Below are positions 1 to 11,852 of a stretch of 32,000 nucleotides of DNA, piece after piece; position 1 is the first letter of the stretch; every line of letters begins with the position of its first letter. The position numbers were made by a program, and so were the translations under genes. The stretch covers positions 307,017-339,016 of the forward strand of contig NW_008806285.1 in NCBI RefSeq assembly GCF_000400465.1, in the 5' to 3' direction. The notes under the pieces were generated by a model. The model was given only the letters and a program-made list of their open reading frames with translations, was not told where the DNA came from and searched no databases. The DNA comes from Wallemia ichthyophaga EXF-994. Its lineage: Eukaryota; Fungi; Basidiomycota.

Positions 1-11
1 GGACGCGAGCC

Positions 12-1131
12 ATGACGCTCAGCACGGATATCCTATCAGTCGTTAGCACCTTACCTCGACTGTCAGAGCTGGAAATCAATTCCGGAAACGATATAAGATA
101 CGATGACATCTTCAAACCCACTCCAGCCCGATGGCGCACACTGCACACCCTGAAAGTTATCCTGCCTGATCGTAGCATAGCGCGCGCTTTGCGGCCATTT
201 CTCCAGCAGCGTGGCCAGCAGCTGCGATCGCTGATGATATTGGCCAAAGAGAGCGGCGTGATTGACGATAAATACCTCAACAGCATTGCGGGAAGCTTGA
301 CAAACCTCCATCAGCTCAGTCTTGGTGGATTGAAGCGCGTGACGGATAGATCTATCGTGAATATCCTCGTGCGGAACCCACACATTACCTCACTGGCATT
401 AGAATCGCTCAGCTTGACTAGCACTCACTGGGAAATTATTATGCCTTACCTCACACATCTCAGTGTGACATATAACTCTTCAGGCGTGCTGGATAAACTA
501 TTAGACGCTATTAGACCGAGCAAGTCGTTCAAGAGCTTCACTATATACTCGTCAGGGATGGACAGTCTGCCGTATCTGCCCGCGGAGTTTCTCGAGCGTT
601 TGGTCAATATGCATTGCTATACATTGACGACACTTAGGGTAAGCGTATCTCTGCTTTGCCCGGATAGGACTAACAACATTTACAAACAGATACATCACGT
701 CTTGGTTACTCAGGAGATGCTCACTAACGTATCCAACAAGTGCCCTCATCTCACCGAATTGGTGGTGCATCTCCCCATTGTAGACACCGGCATTCTGATG
801 AGCGAGTGTGCACCGAACTGGACCAGGCTTGAAAAGCTACATCTGCTGGGTGACTCCAGCACTGGTAAGGAGATACAGATGGAGCACCTCCTACCCTTCG
901 TGGAGATATGCCAAAACCTCACACAAGTGGGATGGCGATCGCGGGTTTGGAAAGTTCACAGACATGGCCAGGATGTACGTCTAGATCTGTACAAGCAGAT
1001 TTATATTCCTAGCGTGTTTTCGGTGTGTACTGAGTACCCTACTAGACTTGTGACTCACGACACTCAAGGTTATTCGAACATGAGCTTGAGGAGGAGGATG
1101 AAGCCTTCGGTGCATGGAAGGATGAACACTG
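12..1131 (+). CDS. Leucine-rich-repeat (RNI-like / F-box-LRR type) protein, possibly 5'-incomplete
   Basis: ORF 12..1262 has repeated LxxLxL units (LPRLSELEI, LTNLHQLSLGGL, CPHLTELVVHL, LEKLHLLG). The frame is open to the window edge. The ORF tail looks non-coding. A short intron ending ...CAAG at ~1068 would give the end LFEHELEEEDEAFGAWKDEH* at ~1131, so the 3' end is tentative. Confidence 0.6.
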
Positions 1132-1394
1132 AGATAGCAATTTTGAACACAAGTTTTGCATATGCCCCTCACTGTACTATAAAGAATCATATATATATTC
1201 TAGGACATAGAATCGAAGATAAAGTTAATCATAATAATATACTTGTAATGTTCTCATTTTGAATGTCACTTGCTGAAAGACAAAGAAAACTTTCAATACA
1301 CCAACCATAGATGGAGACCAGCTCTGCAAGGAATAAGGAGACCAGCTCCAATTAGCTTCTTTATGGCGCACACGACTTTTAAACCCAATCACAA

Positions 1395-2761
1395 TCACAC
1401 TTTACCTCCGTACATGTTAAAGTACTGACCCGGCTGTGGTCCCGGACCTGGCACCGGATAGGCAGTTTGTGGATGGGGCGAAGGAGTACCGCCATAAGGA
1501 TGGAGGAGAGAAGCTTCGCTCTGCGCATGTGCCCAAGGAGGTTGAGGCGTCTGAGAGGAAGGAGGTGCTTCATTCGCGAATGGATCTGCGTATGCATTGT
1601 CGCTATATCCAGCACCTGCTCCAGCATGTTCATCACTGTAATAGGCCATACCAGTGAGTGGATCAAAGTACTGCGGATGTGCTACTCCACCGGCAGCTGC
1701 TGCTGCGTTTGGAGGCATAGGATAATCGCTATAAGGCGCGTATCCCATTGCACCCGGGCTGTTTGAACGCATTCCACCGATAGAGTGTGACGCGTTGGTT
1801 AGTGGCTCACCACCTAGACTCAAATCGTCATCTGTCTCGTTCGTTGGATGTGGGTTGCTGTAGCTGCTCTCCATCTCTATACCTGCACCACCGGTAGGGC
1901 GAGCAGGCAATGGCTGGAGTGCGGTTGCTGATGGTCCGTCTTCATCTCGCAATTGAGGCCATTTAATGTCGTCTGTTTCTGTGTCAGAATCTATCACCAC
2001 TTAAGAACCCACTCACCACTGTTGTCCTCGTCGTCTTCGATATCTGCGTATCGTCTCTTCACACATCTCCAGATAACAAAGCCGGCGGCGGCTATCGCGG
2101 CAACACCTACGCCCACAGCGATACCAATGATACCACCTGTGCTCAAACCGTCTGATTCTTCACTCGATGCGTTGCCTGAGCCCGGCGAAGGCGTCTGCGT
2201 TACTGTCACCACATTTCCATTGTTTTTAGTTAAAAGGCTTGGTGATGGTGTTGAGCTGTTTTCACTCGCAGTCGACGCATTCGAGGCAGTGGACTGTGAA
2301 GAGGCAGTAGACTGCGATGAAGCAGAGGATTGTGATGAAGCAGAGGAGCGAGATGCGCTACTGCTGCTGCTGTTGGTATTATTGTCACTGCTGGTATTAC
2401 CCTCAGACGGGCTAGAGTCGGTGCTACTATCGCCGCTATTTGATGAGCTACTGCTGCTGTCATTACTGCTGCTGCCACCATTATCATTATTGTCGGTGCT
2501 GTTGTCGTTGTTGCTGTCTGAATTGTTATCGTTGTTGTTCGAATTATTGTGATTGTTGTTCGAATTATTGTCGCTGTTGTTCGAGCTACTCCCACCATTG
2601 CTGCTATCACCGTTGCTGCTATCACCGCCCGAACTATTATCGCTGTTATCCTGGCGTCTACTATTGTACAGAACAGGCAAAGGCGTCGGAGCTGCGAATG
2701 AGGATGCTGCTCCCACCGACAAGGATATCAATAATAGTCCTCCTAAGGTTTTTGGTTTCAT
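1395..2761 (-). CDS. Mid2/Wsc-like single-pass cell-surface sensor (signal peptide, Ser/Asn-rich ectodomain, one TM helix, Pro/Tyr-rich cytoplasmic tail)
   Basis: ORFs 1994..2812 and 1395..2000 join through a 38-nt intron (2016..1979, GTGAGT...CAG), giving ...DNS-ETDDIKWP. The signal peptide starts at MKPKTLGGLLLISL (ATG 2761). The TM is GLSTGGIIGIAVGVGVAAIAAAGFVIW, followed by RCVKRR. Confidence 0.75.
2532..2590. repeat. Imperfect 21-bp tandem repeat inside the Ser/Asn-rich coding region
   Basis: ttgttgttcgaattattgt at 2532 and 2553, with a degenerate third unit at 2574. It encodes NNNSNNN-type repeats, flanked by (ctg)n/(cta)n-rich Ser codons. Confidence 0.75.
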
Positions 2762-2853
2762 TTGTGATTGCGGTGCAGGAGAAGGAGGTTGCGTGCCTCG
2801 CAAAGACCACAAAACTCAATGCTTGAAATAAGTTAAACATCCATTAAAATATA

Positions 2854-4237
2854 TTAAAAGCTTTTCTTTAGTTTCTCGTCCTCATTTTCAATTAGATGCT
2901 CAGACTTTCTCCTCTTATTCGCGCGACCCTCTTCTTCGTTAGCTTCATTCGCTGCATTCGCTGCATTCTTATCGTCAGAATCACTGTTATCACTCGTGTT
3001 ATTTGTATTGCTGCTACCATTTCCACTTTCAAGTTGTGTTGTACTGCTCAGGGACACAGGCTCTTCTGCAACCTTGCCCTGCCCAGCGTCCAACTCATCG
3101 ACAATACCAAGATGTTCCTGTGCAGTCGTTGGTTGCGGTGGTGGCTGAGCGTCACTTTCTCCATCGGCAGAATTGGTTCCTCCACTCAAAGCTGCTGCTG
3201 CTGCTGCCGCTGCATTGCTACTACTGCTCGTCGGACTTGTTGGCCTGTTAAGATTCACATTCCCAAAGTCCTCTACATCAGCTTGGGTGTCTTGCATACT
3301 CAATGGAGATATTTCTCTGCTTGTCTTTCTATTAGCTAAAAACGGTATCGGTGAGAACATTGGGGTTGGTGGTGCGCTTGCCCTGCTTGAATGTGAGGGT
3401 GAAACATTCAATGCCGATGCATTGCTTAATTCAACTGAATCTAGAGGCACGGCGCCTTCTCCATTAAGGAGTCCACATGTATTCGTATTAGATGTACCTT
3501 CCATCGCCTTTATTTGTGCATCGAGTGATATTTTACCTGATGTCACCATTACTACTCTATGCAGCGCCCGCAAATATTTTCCAACGGTTCTATACGAGCC
3601 TCTATCCTTGTTGTCATTGTATATAGCTAATTCGGATATTCGTTGTATCGTGAATGGAGGTTCACTGTTGATATTCCAATTCACGTCAGCAACTCCTTGA
3701 TCAGAATATCAACATACTCAACGAAATCCACTTCGATTATCTGCCAGATGCTATTGAACTCTTCAAAGGCTTCCTTCTCCGAAACGCTCTCAACAACCGG
3801 TGCACGTTTCGGTCCAATCACAACAGCAGGTGTTTGTACTCGTGACTTGTCTGGAGACTGACTGTGTTCGTCACTTTGCCCGAGTTGTAGGTTATTGCCG
3901 CCGTCGGCTATATTGATCTCTGGCTCAGTTCTTGTGCGCGTATCGAGTTCGACTTTAGGTTTGTCCATCTCTCGGGTATTCTTTAGGTCATCGTGTTGGG
4001 TATTATGGCTAGTGTTGTCGTAGTACTTCTTTATATTCTGTGACGCGCAGTTTAATCTACTGTCTCCTGTCTCGCCGGCGACATTCACTCACCTCCTGAA
4101 TTCTCTCCTTAAGCGCCTGTCTAATAACATCCCACGACTGGCTATATATTGCTGCGTTAATGTCAAGCATTCAATACACCTCCACCTCACCTCGGCTCAA
4201 CGTTATCAGTCATCTTCTCCAATTCGCTCAACGACAT
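2854..4237 (-). CDS. PPP4R2: Protein phosphatase 4 regulatory subunit 2 (PPP4R2/Psy4-like)
   Basis: Contains the EPPFTIQRISEL...KYLRALHRVVMVTS signature. Intron 3717..3665 (GTATGT...CAG) joins ORFs 3681..4088 and 2854..3684. Upstream exons give SWDVIRQALKERIQE-NIKKY. The start at 4237 is inferred through two more short introns. Confidence 0.8.
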
Positions 4238-4279
4238 GATGAAGGCAATAAACCAAGCCAGAATTCAACACATTCATTT

Positions 4280-7200
4280 CTAACAAACATCAATAATACA
4301 TGGCTTTGACTTGTAATCTTGTATTCTCTCCACTGATCTTCTAACGCGCTCGTCCCAGTCGATTGTCGCATCAACTATGTCATCAGCATACACTTCCTCT
4401 AATATCACCACAACTTCAACGCGACATTTTGACAATGGCAGTATTCTAACATGCTGCACAGTCTCCTCATCCGATTCAAGACGTTGGAGATGCGTCCATT
4501 CCGGTCCCTTAATAATCACGCATCCTTCCACACTCGCTTGGACTTTGTATTTCAACTTCATAAAGCGCTCACTTTTGTTCGCTATGCGCAGCCTCAGTTG
4601 AGCTTCCTTTCCAATCACTATCTTGTCCCATGAACTCTGTGCCAAATCTATGTCTATATCATTTAGTTTAACCATCTCCAACATCCTCCTGCTCAGCTTA
4701 TGTTTGCGGAGGTTGAAGTTGAGGTTTCCAGCTCTTGGTGTGTCCGTCGTTGAGTCGGGTTCACGCCAAAATAGTCTCACATTCTTGTATAGCTCTTGAC
4801 TATACCAGAATATCTCTCTCATGATCCTCTCCTTCTTCAGTGGTAGACTTGTTTGTGATACTGTAAACTGTCTCTCACAGAGACTTGGTATGTTAGCCGT
4901 CGAAGTCGCTTCTCGTAGCTTCATTCTCCGCACAGGCAAAACAAGCCTTGCAGTTGAACCAGGCTGAACCAATCGACAGACTCCAAATTCGGTCATGTAT
5001 TCCTCTTCTTCGTCTTCTTTGACTCTCTCCAATACCACTTCAAATGGAGTACCGAATGAATTTCGAATATCGACGATAAGCAGAAACTCCTTGGTATCTT
5101 TGTTGCTATTCTGGAGCAGCTGTGATTGCTCTATCAGGGGCAGATGTGGTGTACTAGGCTGCGTCATTTGTGTCGGAGTCATTGGTTGGCTGGCGCTAGC
5201 GCTGGGTGAATTAGGCCACAATCCGAAATAATCCTTCTGCTCCAACTCGGAGGCCTTCTCGACGCCTTCGAAAGGCAAAACAGAGATTTGTTGAGCTTCG
5301 AGCGTCTGTTGCACTGTTAATGACAGCGAGTAAACAAGCTGACGCGCGTAAATCTGTTCAGAGTCCTCGCTGTCACGACCATACTCAACGATGATTGAAC
5401 CCTGGTTACAACCCACTCTTCCATAGCAATATATATCTAAAACTGCTCTCCGTCTTGCTGGTATAGTTATTGCCGAGATATCGGTACAAGGTCTGAAGAC
5501 AGGCTCGTGCGCGACCGTGTATTCCATCTCGTGCGTTTCAGTCAAACTACCCTGCTGCTCTTCTATAGCTGATAACAAACATTCCGTTGAGTTATCGCTG
5601 AATTTTATGTCGATGAAATCTACATCAACGTCCGACGTATTCTCTAGAATCAACTTGAGCGTCGTACTAATCGCGTTGTCAGATAAAGCACTGAAGTCTA
5701 TCAGACCCACCATTCTCCACTGTAAAGCATTAAAGCATGATGATTCATATTAGTCGCCGCAACGACGAGCGTTGGTAGTGAGTGAATTGCAGTAATATTG
5801 ATATACTGGGGACTTTTCATACCTCCAGGAGCGCTCGTGAGAGTAGTCCTCCGGGAATCGTTCATAGAAGCAATGGTTGAGGATCTACTAGACATACTCT
5901 GCCTTTGTAGAGATGGTGTACTGTTCAATGCCGAGCTCTTCATCTTGCTCCTCCGCTCTAATTTCAAACTCCGAGCTTTGCTCTTACGTTTCTCTTCGTC
6001 CGTGTTAGACAACGGGAGAATAATTTCCTTCGTCACCGTCCCTTTCATTCTCATTCTACATCCCAGTACTGTCAGTTGGCCCGTACTCTGTACTAAACCT
6101 TTCAGTAGCAATGTCTGATATGAAACTGGTGCCAGACAGACGTCCATCTTCTCGCCCTCAAAGCATACACCCGAAGTGCTCAGGACGTGTCAGTACCACC
6201 CAATATATTCGAAATATGACTTACATTAGCTCAACACCTTGTAGCTCTAGTGGGAATTTATAAGGATTATGCAGCGTTGCTGCTATTTCTAACATCTCAT
6301 TTTGTACAGTCATAGCCTGGATATAAATGTCAACTTACTCACGCAATCTTAACAAACTAACCTCTGCTATTCTCAAAGATCTTCTAGCTGGTGTGTTTGC
6401 AAGCTTTCGAATTGATGATCGCTGCGAGCTGTATGCAAATGGTATGGCATTTCCTGGTAGTCTTGGGGATGTTAAATGGAAGCGCGCTATTCTACGATAA
6501 ACCCACGTTATAAGCTCCAGGCTGAGGAGTGGGTCAGGAACCCAAAAAGCGAGTTCAACAGTAGTGGTTAAACTCCGACGCAGCACATCCAGTGCTGCAA
6601 GCATAATCTGAACAATTCTAACCTGCTCAGGAGCAGCTAGTGCAAAATAGAAATACCTCAACAATATAGCAGAATACTTGATTATGGCATTAAAGTCGCC
6701 AATATGCTCTACGATAGATATGGCATCTCTGAGAAAGTTTCGCTGCATAGTAGTCCAATTAAAGCTATGCTCGAGCTCCTCTTTGAAACTATCCCTCGCT
6801 TCATTATCTTCGTCTCTATAAAGGTATCTAAACTGCGTGTCTATCCCGTAAACATCACAAACATCATCCAGAATCTTGACCAACGATTCACTGTTGTCTT
6901 TCAATTGCCTCAGTACAACCTTTGGGTAAGATTCTTCGGTCTTAAGATCGTTCCGTGATGCTTCAAGTAAATCTGTACAGATAGCTACAACTTCCTGACG
7001 GAAATAGGCTGCCTTGCGCGCATAGCCGATGCTATCATGCGTATATAACAGCGCTATTGTAACCTTTAGCTGCTCCAATCTGTCTAATTGAAGTAGATGT
7101 GCTCCATGAGCCATTTCTGCAATCAATGAGATCTGAGATCTGGGCAAATGAGGCATCTTGTCGGCATGTTCCACTATCATATCACGATCTGGCTGAGTTT

Positions 7201-8276
7201 CCAGAAAGACGGGCGAGCCTCCAATCACTAATGCATTTAAAGACTCATCATTCAGACCCCCACAAGCCCAAACTGTCAAGAGGAATTTCGAAAACCTCAG
7301 GCACGCGCGGACGTAAGTCCTCACAGCTGTCAAGTTTGTATTGGAAACTGATAGATTGTTGATATTTAGACTTGAGTTTGAGGCGGGTGCACTACTAGAT
7401 GAGGTCTGTAGCAGACGTTTATATGACGCTAAAGCGCTACTGAATTTGTCGTATATTGCAGCCCAAGGAGTTTCGAGTAATGCGTGGATGGGTATTTTTT
7501 CTGTTTTCTGCCAATATAGTAAAACCTGTGCAACCGCTTGGCATTCAATGGCGGATGCATGATGGAATGAGTCGACAGGTGCACGTAGCTGCGACAAACT
7601 CTCGTTATAGTTTGCCAAACTCTCTTTTAGCCTGCCTGACATGAGAAAAAGATCGCCATAGAGCTTAGACTGTCTACCGTCGTTTTTGCGCCTCTCGCCT
7701 GCTGTTTCTGCAAACCAAGACAAAATGCTGCCGATGATATCAGCAATCAGGGTATTCAAGTAGAATGCGCTGTCTTCAACCAGCGCTAAATGAGAAGAAG
7801 GATTGTTAGCGGCTCTTTCACTGTCTCTAGGCTGGAATGCCCAGCAGCGCTGTATGGGTGGTTTGAGCGATGCAGGGAGCCCCACGATGGTGTGATTGAA
7901 CGCGTCGTTGGCTGTATCTAGAGAAGAATGCGAGGGACAGTCGACTACGCCAACCACAGCATGAAATTGGTCGCTGAACGCAACCTGTGCGTCGTTGATG
8001 ATGCTGTTAGGATTCGAGTGATAGTTGATGTGTATTGTGTGACTCGTCGGAGACAGCGGAGGAGGGTGAAATGCAGCTGTACAAATAGCGTCAGGTGTAC
8101 GTCTCTGTTGATCTCGAAGTCAACCCACAGAATCCTGGCACTTCAGATCCTTTCATCTGCTGGAAGCTGCTCAAAGCTTCTAAAGAGCTCTTGTAGACTG
8201 ATTTACGTATGGGCTTGATTGGCACGACTAATATATTCAAGCATCCCGGCTGGATGAATCTCTCGCCATCTTTCAT
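4280..8276 (-). CDS. TRS120: TRAPP II complex subunit Trs120 (TRAPPC9)
   Basis: Multi-exon gene covering ORFs 8091..8306, 6335..7957, 5701..6147 and 4280..5713. Motifs include NILVVPIKPIRKS, VVGVVDC, GDLFLMSGRLKESLANY, DIYCYGRVGC and LIVDIRNSFGTPFEV...VQPGSTARLVLP. Likely ATG at 8276 (MKDGERF). Confidence 0.85.
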
Positions 8277-8413
8277 CGCAGAGAGATAGTGGACGTCAAC
8301 ATCCAACAGAGATAGCAGAAATATTTTGTTGATAGTCGCGTTGAAATGTATGATTAGTCTGGCCAGACGCTCCTGTTATCGCTAGAAATCCCACCGAACC
8401 AGATGAACTAACC

Positions 8414-8502
8414 GTGCGCGTCGTGCGCGTGAATGTAGGCATTGTTAAGAAAAACACGCGATTAGGAAGAAACTAAATCATACTATCACCGGACATACGC
8501 GT
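8414..8502. promoter_or_regulatory. Cluster of MCB-like (ACGCGT/CGCG) elements in the TRS120/CENP-A divergent promoter
   Basis: GTGCGCGT at 8414 and 8423, ACGCGA at 8456 and a perfect ACGCGT at 8497, all 60-150 bp upstream of the CenH3 ATG. Confidence 0.4.
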
Positions 8503-8559
8503 CCCTTTACACATCACTTTCGCTTCGATCAATACCGTCATCATCAGTTGCTATCGAAA

Positions 8560-9184
8560 ATGGCTCGGATGAGAACAAAACCAAATGGCGAGAATGGCGC
8601 GGAAGCACGTGAGTGACATTATTTAATGTTTACGTTATTCTAAGGCCAACTAGCTGGCGATCCAGCTACTAATGGTAATCGCAATAGAGATCGCGACACG
8701 AGTGGTAGAGGCGGCCAGCAGTACGCAGAAAGGGGCGGAAAGAGTCTAAACGCCTACAAATCAACAGGAACCGGAAAAAGGCGGTACAAACCAGGTATGG
8801 CCGCGTTAAGAGAAATCAGAAAATACCAGAAGTCGACAGACTTGCTCATTCAAAAACTGCCTTTCTCTAGATTGGTATGGGCTATCTAAGAGAAATCTCC
8901 TCGCTAACAAAATCAAGGTTCGCGAGATACACGAAGAATTTCTTAACACAGGGTACAGATTGGAGGAATTTCCTGCGCGTTGGCAGTCTTCCGCGCTACT
9001 ATGCTTGCAGGAAGCTGCAGAAGCCTATCTTGTGCATCTGTTCGAGGACGCGTGGGTGTCACTAAACAAACAAAACGACGTCACTAACGACAATGATAGC
9101 TATCTATGTACAATACACGCAAAGAGAGTTACTTTAATGCAACAGGATATACGTCTCGCTCGGAGAATACGCGGGCAGCAATAA
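8560..9184 (+). CDS. CSE4: Centromeric histone H3 variant (CENP-A/Cse4)
   Basis: Three introns (8609-8644, ~8875-8917, 9052-9099) give MARMRTK...[105 protein letters not shown]. CenH3 hallmarks are a non-H3 N-tail, PFSRL instead of PFQRL, an extended loop 1 and RWQS. Confidence 0.9.
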
Positions 9185-9218
9185 TACAACATGTTTAAAG
9201 CATTCTAACGCATACATT

Positions 9219-10286
9219 TCATTTCCCGGCTTTGGCTCTGCGTTCGGCAAACCTCCTCTTGGCAGCGTCGATGGCAGACTCATCGTTACGTCTTTCGAGT
9301 GTCTTGGCTTGTTGGGTTTGTGTTGCAGATTTCTGCTGCTCTTCCTTCTCTTTCGTTAGGGACAACATCTGCTCCTCAACCATTTTACTGTGACGTTCTC
9401 TAATTGCAGCTTGTGAGGCGTCAGTACCCACTGCCTGTCTTTTGAATCCTGCTTCTTTGTTGTTTGAAGTTGGAAGAGATGGTCCTTGAGGAGCTCGCCT
9501 CTTCTTTCCTGCATTCAGACCCGCAGATAAAAGCTGGACTTTATCAACAGCCTGTCCTTCATCATCAATCTCAACATTGTTGCCTTTAGATTGAGCCTTC
9601 TTAAGCATTGAGTCTGAATCAATTTCAGTCTGCGAAGCAGGCGGCCGTATAACGTTTGATTTGTTTTCCTGTGCAGCTTTCATAGCAGCAGCATGCTCTT
9701 CCTCCTTATCGTCGAGTATACCGCGCATAAATGCTGATGCACCAGTTCCTCTGCCGTCTCTCTCCTTCTTTTCCCTGGCTTCTTCCTCTTCCTCCGCCAG
9801 TCTAATTTCCTCAAGAGTCTTCTTGTAGCCTTCGGTGACAAACTCTTCGGTGCCTTGATACTCATCACCTTCTCTTTCTCTAGTCTTTTGTATCATCTTC
9901 TCTTCAGCTCTACTTCTGTCGAGTTTGCGCTTTTCTGCAGCAACAGCCAATCCTTCAATGTATTTGGGTGCGCGTGTGCTGCTTTCTTTTTTCCGACTAG
10001 CCTCGACGGCCTCTCTGGCAGACTGCATCTGATCAAACACTTCGTCATACTCAAAAACACTATCGTCGAGCTTTTTGGCATCTTCCAGCTGCTTTGCTAT
10101 CCTCGAGCTGGTTGCTTGGGCAGCTTGGGCTACCATTCCAGTACCCTTACCACCACTGCTGCTGCTGCTGCTCTTGGCGGGTGGCTTGAACCCGGAATCA
10201 TCGTCGCTGTCATCGCTATCTTCCAGTATAGATTTTTTAGGCTTTTCCTTTGGCTGGTTGAGCCCACCACCTAGCTTGATATTCAT
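9219..10286 (-). CDS. Nuclear speckle splicing regulatory protein 1-like (NSRP1/CCDC55, DUF2040)
   Basis: Intronless 355-aa coiled-coil protein with DDSVFEYDEVFDQM, PKYIEGL and EEFVTEGYKK, ending AAKRRFAERR. Confidence 0.8.
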   Translation of the reverse strand: MNIKLGGGLNQPKEKPKKSILEDSDDSDDDSGFKPPAKSSSSSSGGKGTGMVAQAAQATSSRIAKQLEDAKKLDDSVFEYDEVFDQMQSAREAVEASRKKESSTRAPKYIEGLAVAAEKRKLDRSRAEEKMIQKTREREGDEYQGTEEFVTEGYKKTLEEIRLAEEEEEAREKKERDGRGTGASAFMRGILDDKEEEHAAAMKAAQENKSNVIRPPASQTEIDSDSMLKKAQSKGNNVEIDDEGQAVDKVQLLSAGLNAGKKRRAPQGPSLPTSNNKEAGFKRQAVGTDASQAAIRERHSKMVEEQMLSLTKEKEEQQKSATQTQQAKTLERRNDESAIDAAKRRFAERRAKAGK

Positions 10287-10318
10287 AGTCCTTCTTCAAG
10301 AAAACCGCCAACACTGCA

Positions 10319-10758
10319 ATGGGAAAACGCAAGGCAGCCAGGAAGCCAACGGGTCCGAAGAAGGACAAAACTACGCTGCCAAAAACATTCGAGGTGTGTT
10401 GTGAGCAGCTCCTCTGCCACGCTTACACGCTCAGTGTCTTTTCTGTAGTCGCAACGATGCGGTACAAGTAAAACTAGATCAGAAGAACGGCATGGGCTAT
10501 CTGAATTGCAAAGTCTGTAATATGAGATTCGAGTCGACTATAAATTGTAAGTTGTTGGGCGCAGAGCTATGGCCGTAAGCTCACCATCGACAGCGCTCAC
10601 TGCACCTGTTGATCTCTATCACGACTGGATTGTGAGTATCTCTGCCATGCTTTTGAACCTGCTCACGCTCGCAGGATGCTAACGATGAGGTCAACTTCCC
10701 TCAGCAAAAGAAAAAGAGAGTGGAAGATAGGCCACCAGCCAGCGACGAAGAAGATTAA
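10319..10758 (+). CDS. ELF1: Transcription elongation factor Elf1 (zinc ribbon)
   Basis: Not shown as one ORF in the track. Spliced over three introns it reads MGKRKAARKP...LPKTFE-CLFC...LNCKVC...LTAPVDLYHDWI-DANDE...SDEED*, with CxxC/CxxC and the DWID motif. Confidence 0.85.
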
Positions 10759-10840
10759 GTCATAAATTGAGAAGAAGAGTGTACACTAGCATCTTGTAGT
10801 TTGTATCAAAGAAGCATCGATTTCCATATTAAGCAACAAC

Positions 10841-11826
10841 TTAGAATCCATATACTTTGCTAGCGTTGCCGCGATTTGCTTTACCCTGTGAAATCTTCTC
10901 TTCTAGTTCCGTTCGTTTGTTAACAGCTTCAGATATGAGCGAACTGAGTTGACCACGGGCTCTAGCTCCTCTGCCTTGCGGTCCACTGACTTCGACGTGT
11001 TCCTGCGGCTTCTCAGCTCCCATTTGGGTTGGTCTCATCTGTTTCTGTATGTCCTTAGCATTCACATCCACTATATCCTTTCCTGATAATCCTTGCTTGC
11101 GCTTGCGTTCCTCCTCTTCCTCGGCCTCTACGTCAATACCCGCGTCTATCTGCCACTGACGTACTTTGGACTGATAGAAAGCAGGTTCATAAGATTCCCA
11201 TTCACCGCTTGGTTTCCGATAATAACCTGGATATGGATCGTAGGGTGTAGGATCAGGTGGGACGTAATCTGGTAATTCGGGTGCAACGCTCATCTTGATC
11301 GCGCTTTGTGCTTGTGTTCTTAGCGTTGACGGCTTCTTGAATGTGCTTGTGGATGCTGAGAAGTACTTGAGCTTAATTCGAGCACAATTGTACACTCACC
11401 ACCTAACGAGAAGATATCAACGGGTGCTGAATGTTTGGAATTCCTGCTTGTGCTCGTACTCGATAGATCGGCATCCTTATCTTGTGTTGCTTCTTTATTG
11501 TGAAACTGTTGCTGCTTCTGCTGCTGGACTTGCGCTTTCTTTGGTGCGGGTAGCATACCCAGCAGGCCACTCAGACTATTTCCATTCGAAGTGGAAGTAC
11601 TGGGCTGTGGCCTTTTGCTAGATTCACCAACTAGAGCAGCCACATCATCGTCTTCGCTCTGCTTGCTTCTCTTGGCACTATCGGACTTAATCTGGACGGG
11701 TGCTCTCTTTTGCCCAGTTGAAGGCTTTGGCAGAGAGCCAAAAAGACCGCCATTATTCCTTTGCTTCGGCTGCTCGACTTTCACGTCCTCCTCGTCACTG
11801 CTGCTGCCGTAGTCTCCAACTAGCAT
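10841..11826 (-). CDS. PRCC-like (MAD2B-interacting) proline-rich protein
   Basis: The N-terminus is MLVGDYGSSSDEED. The C-terminus is RARGQLSSLISEAVNKRTELEEKISQGKANRGNASKVYGF. One intron near 11370-11405 joins the two ORFs. Confidence 0.75.
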
Positions 11827-11852
11827 GGTTGTATCGATTCAACGACTGCTAA

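Noticed and set aside
1953-2831. Leu-rich, Cys/Tyr-rich and Thr/Ile-rich ORFs (1953..2552+, 2440..2826+, 2230..2625-, 2553..2831+)
   Set aside because: These are shadow frames of the low-complexity Ser/Asn codons of the Mid2-like gene.
3173-3700. 175-aa plus-strand ORF with poly-Ala/Leu that resembles a signal peptide
   Set aside because: It is the antisense shadow of PPP4R2 (gca/agc repeats).
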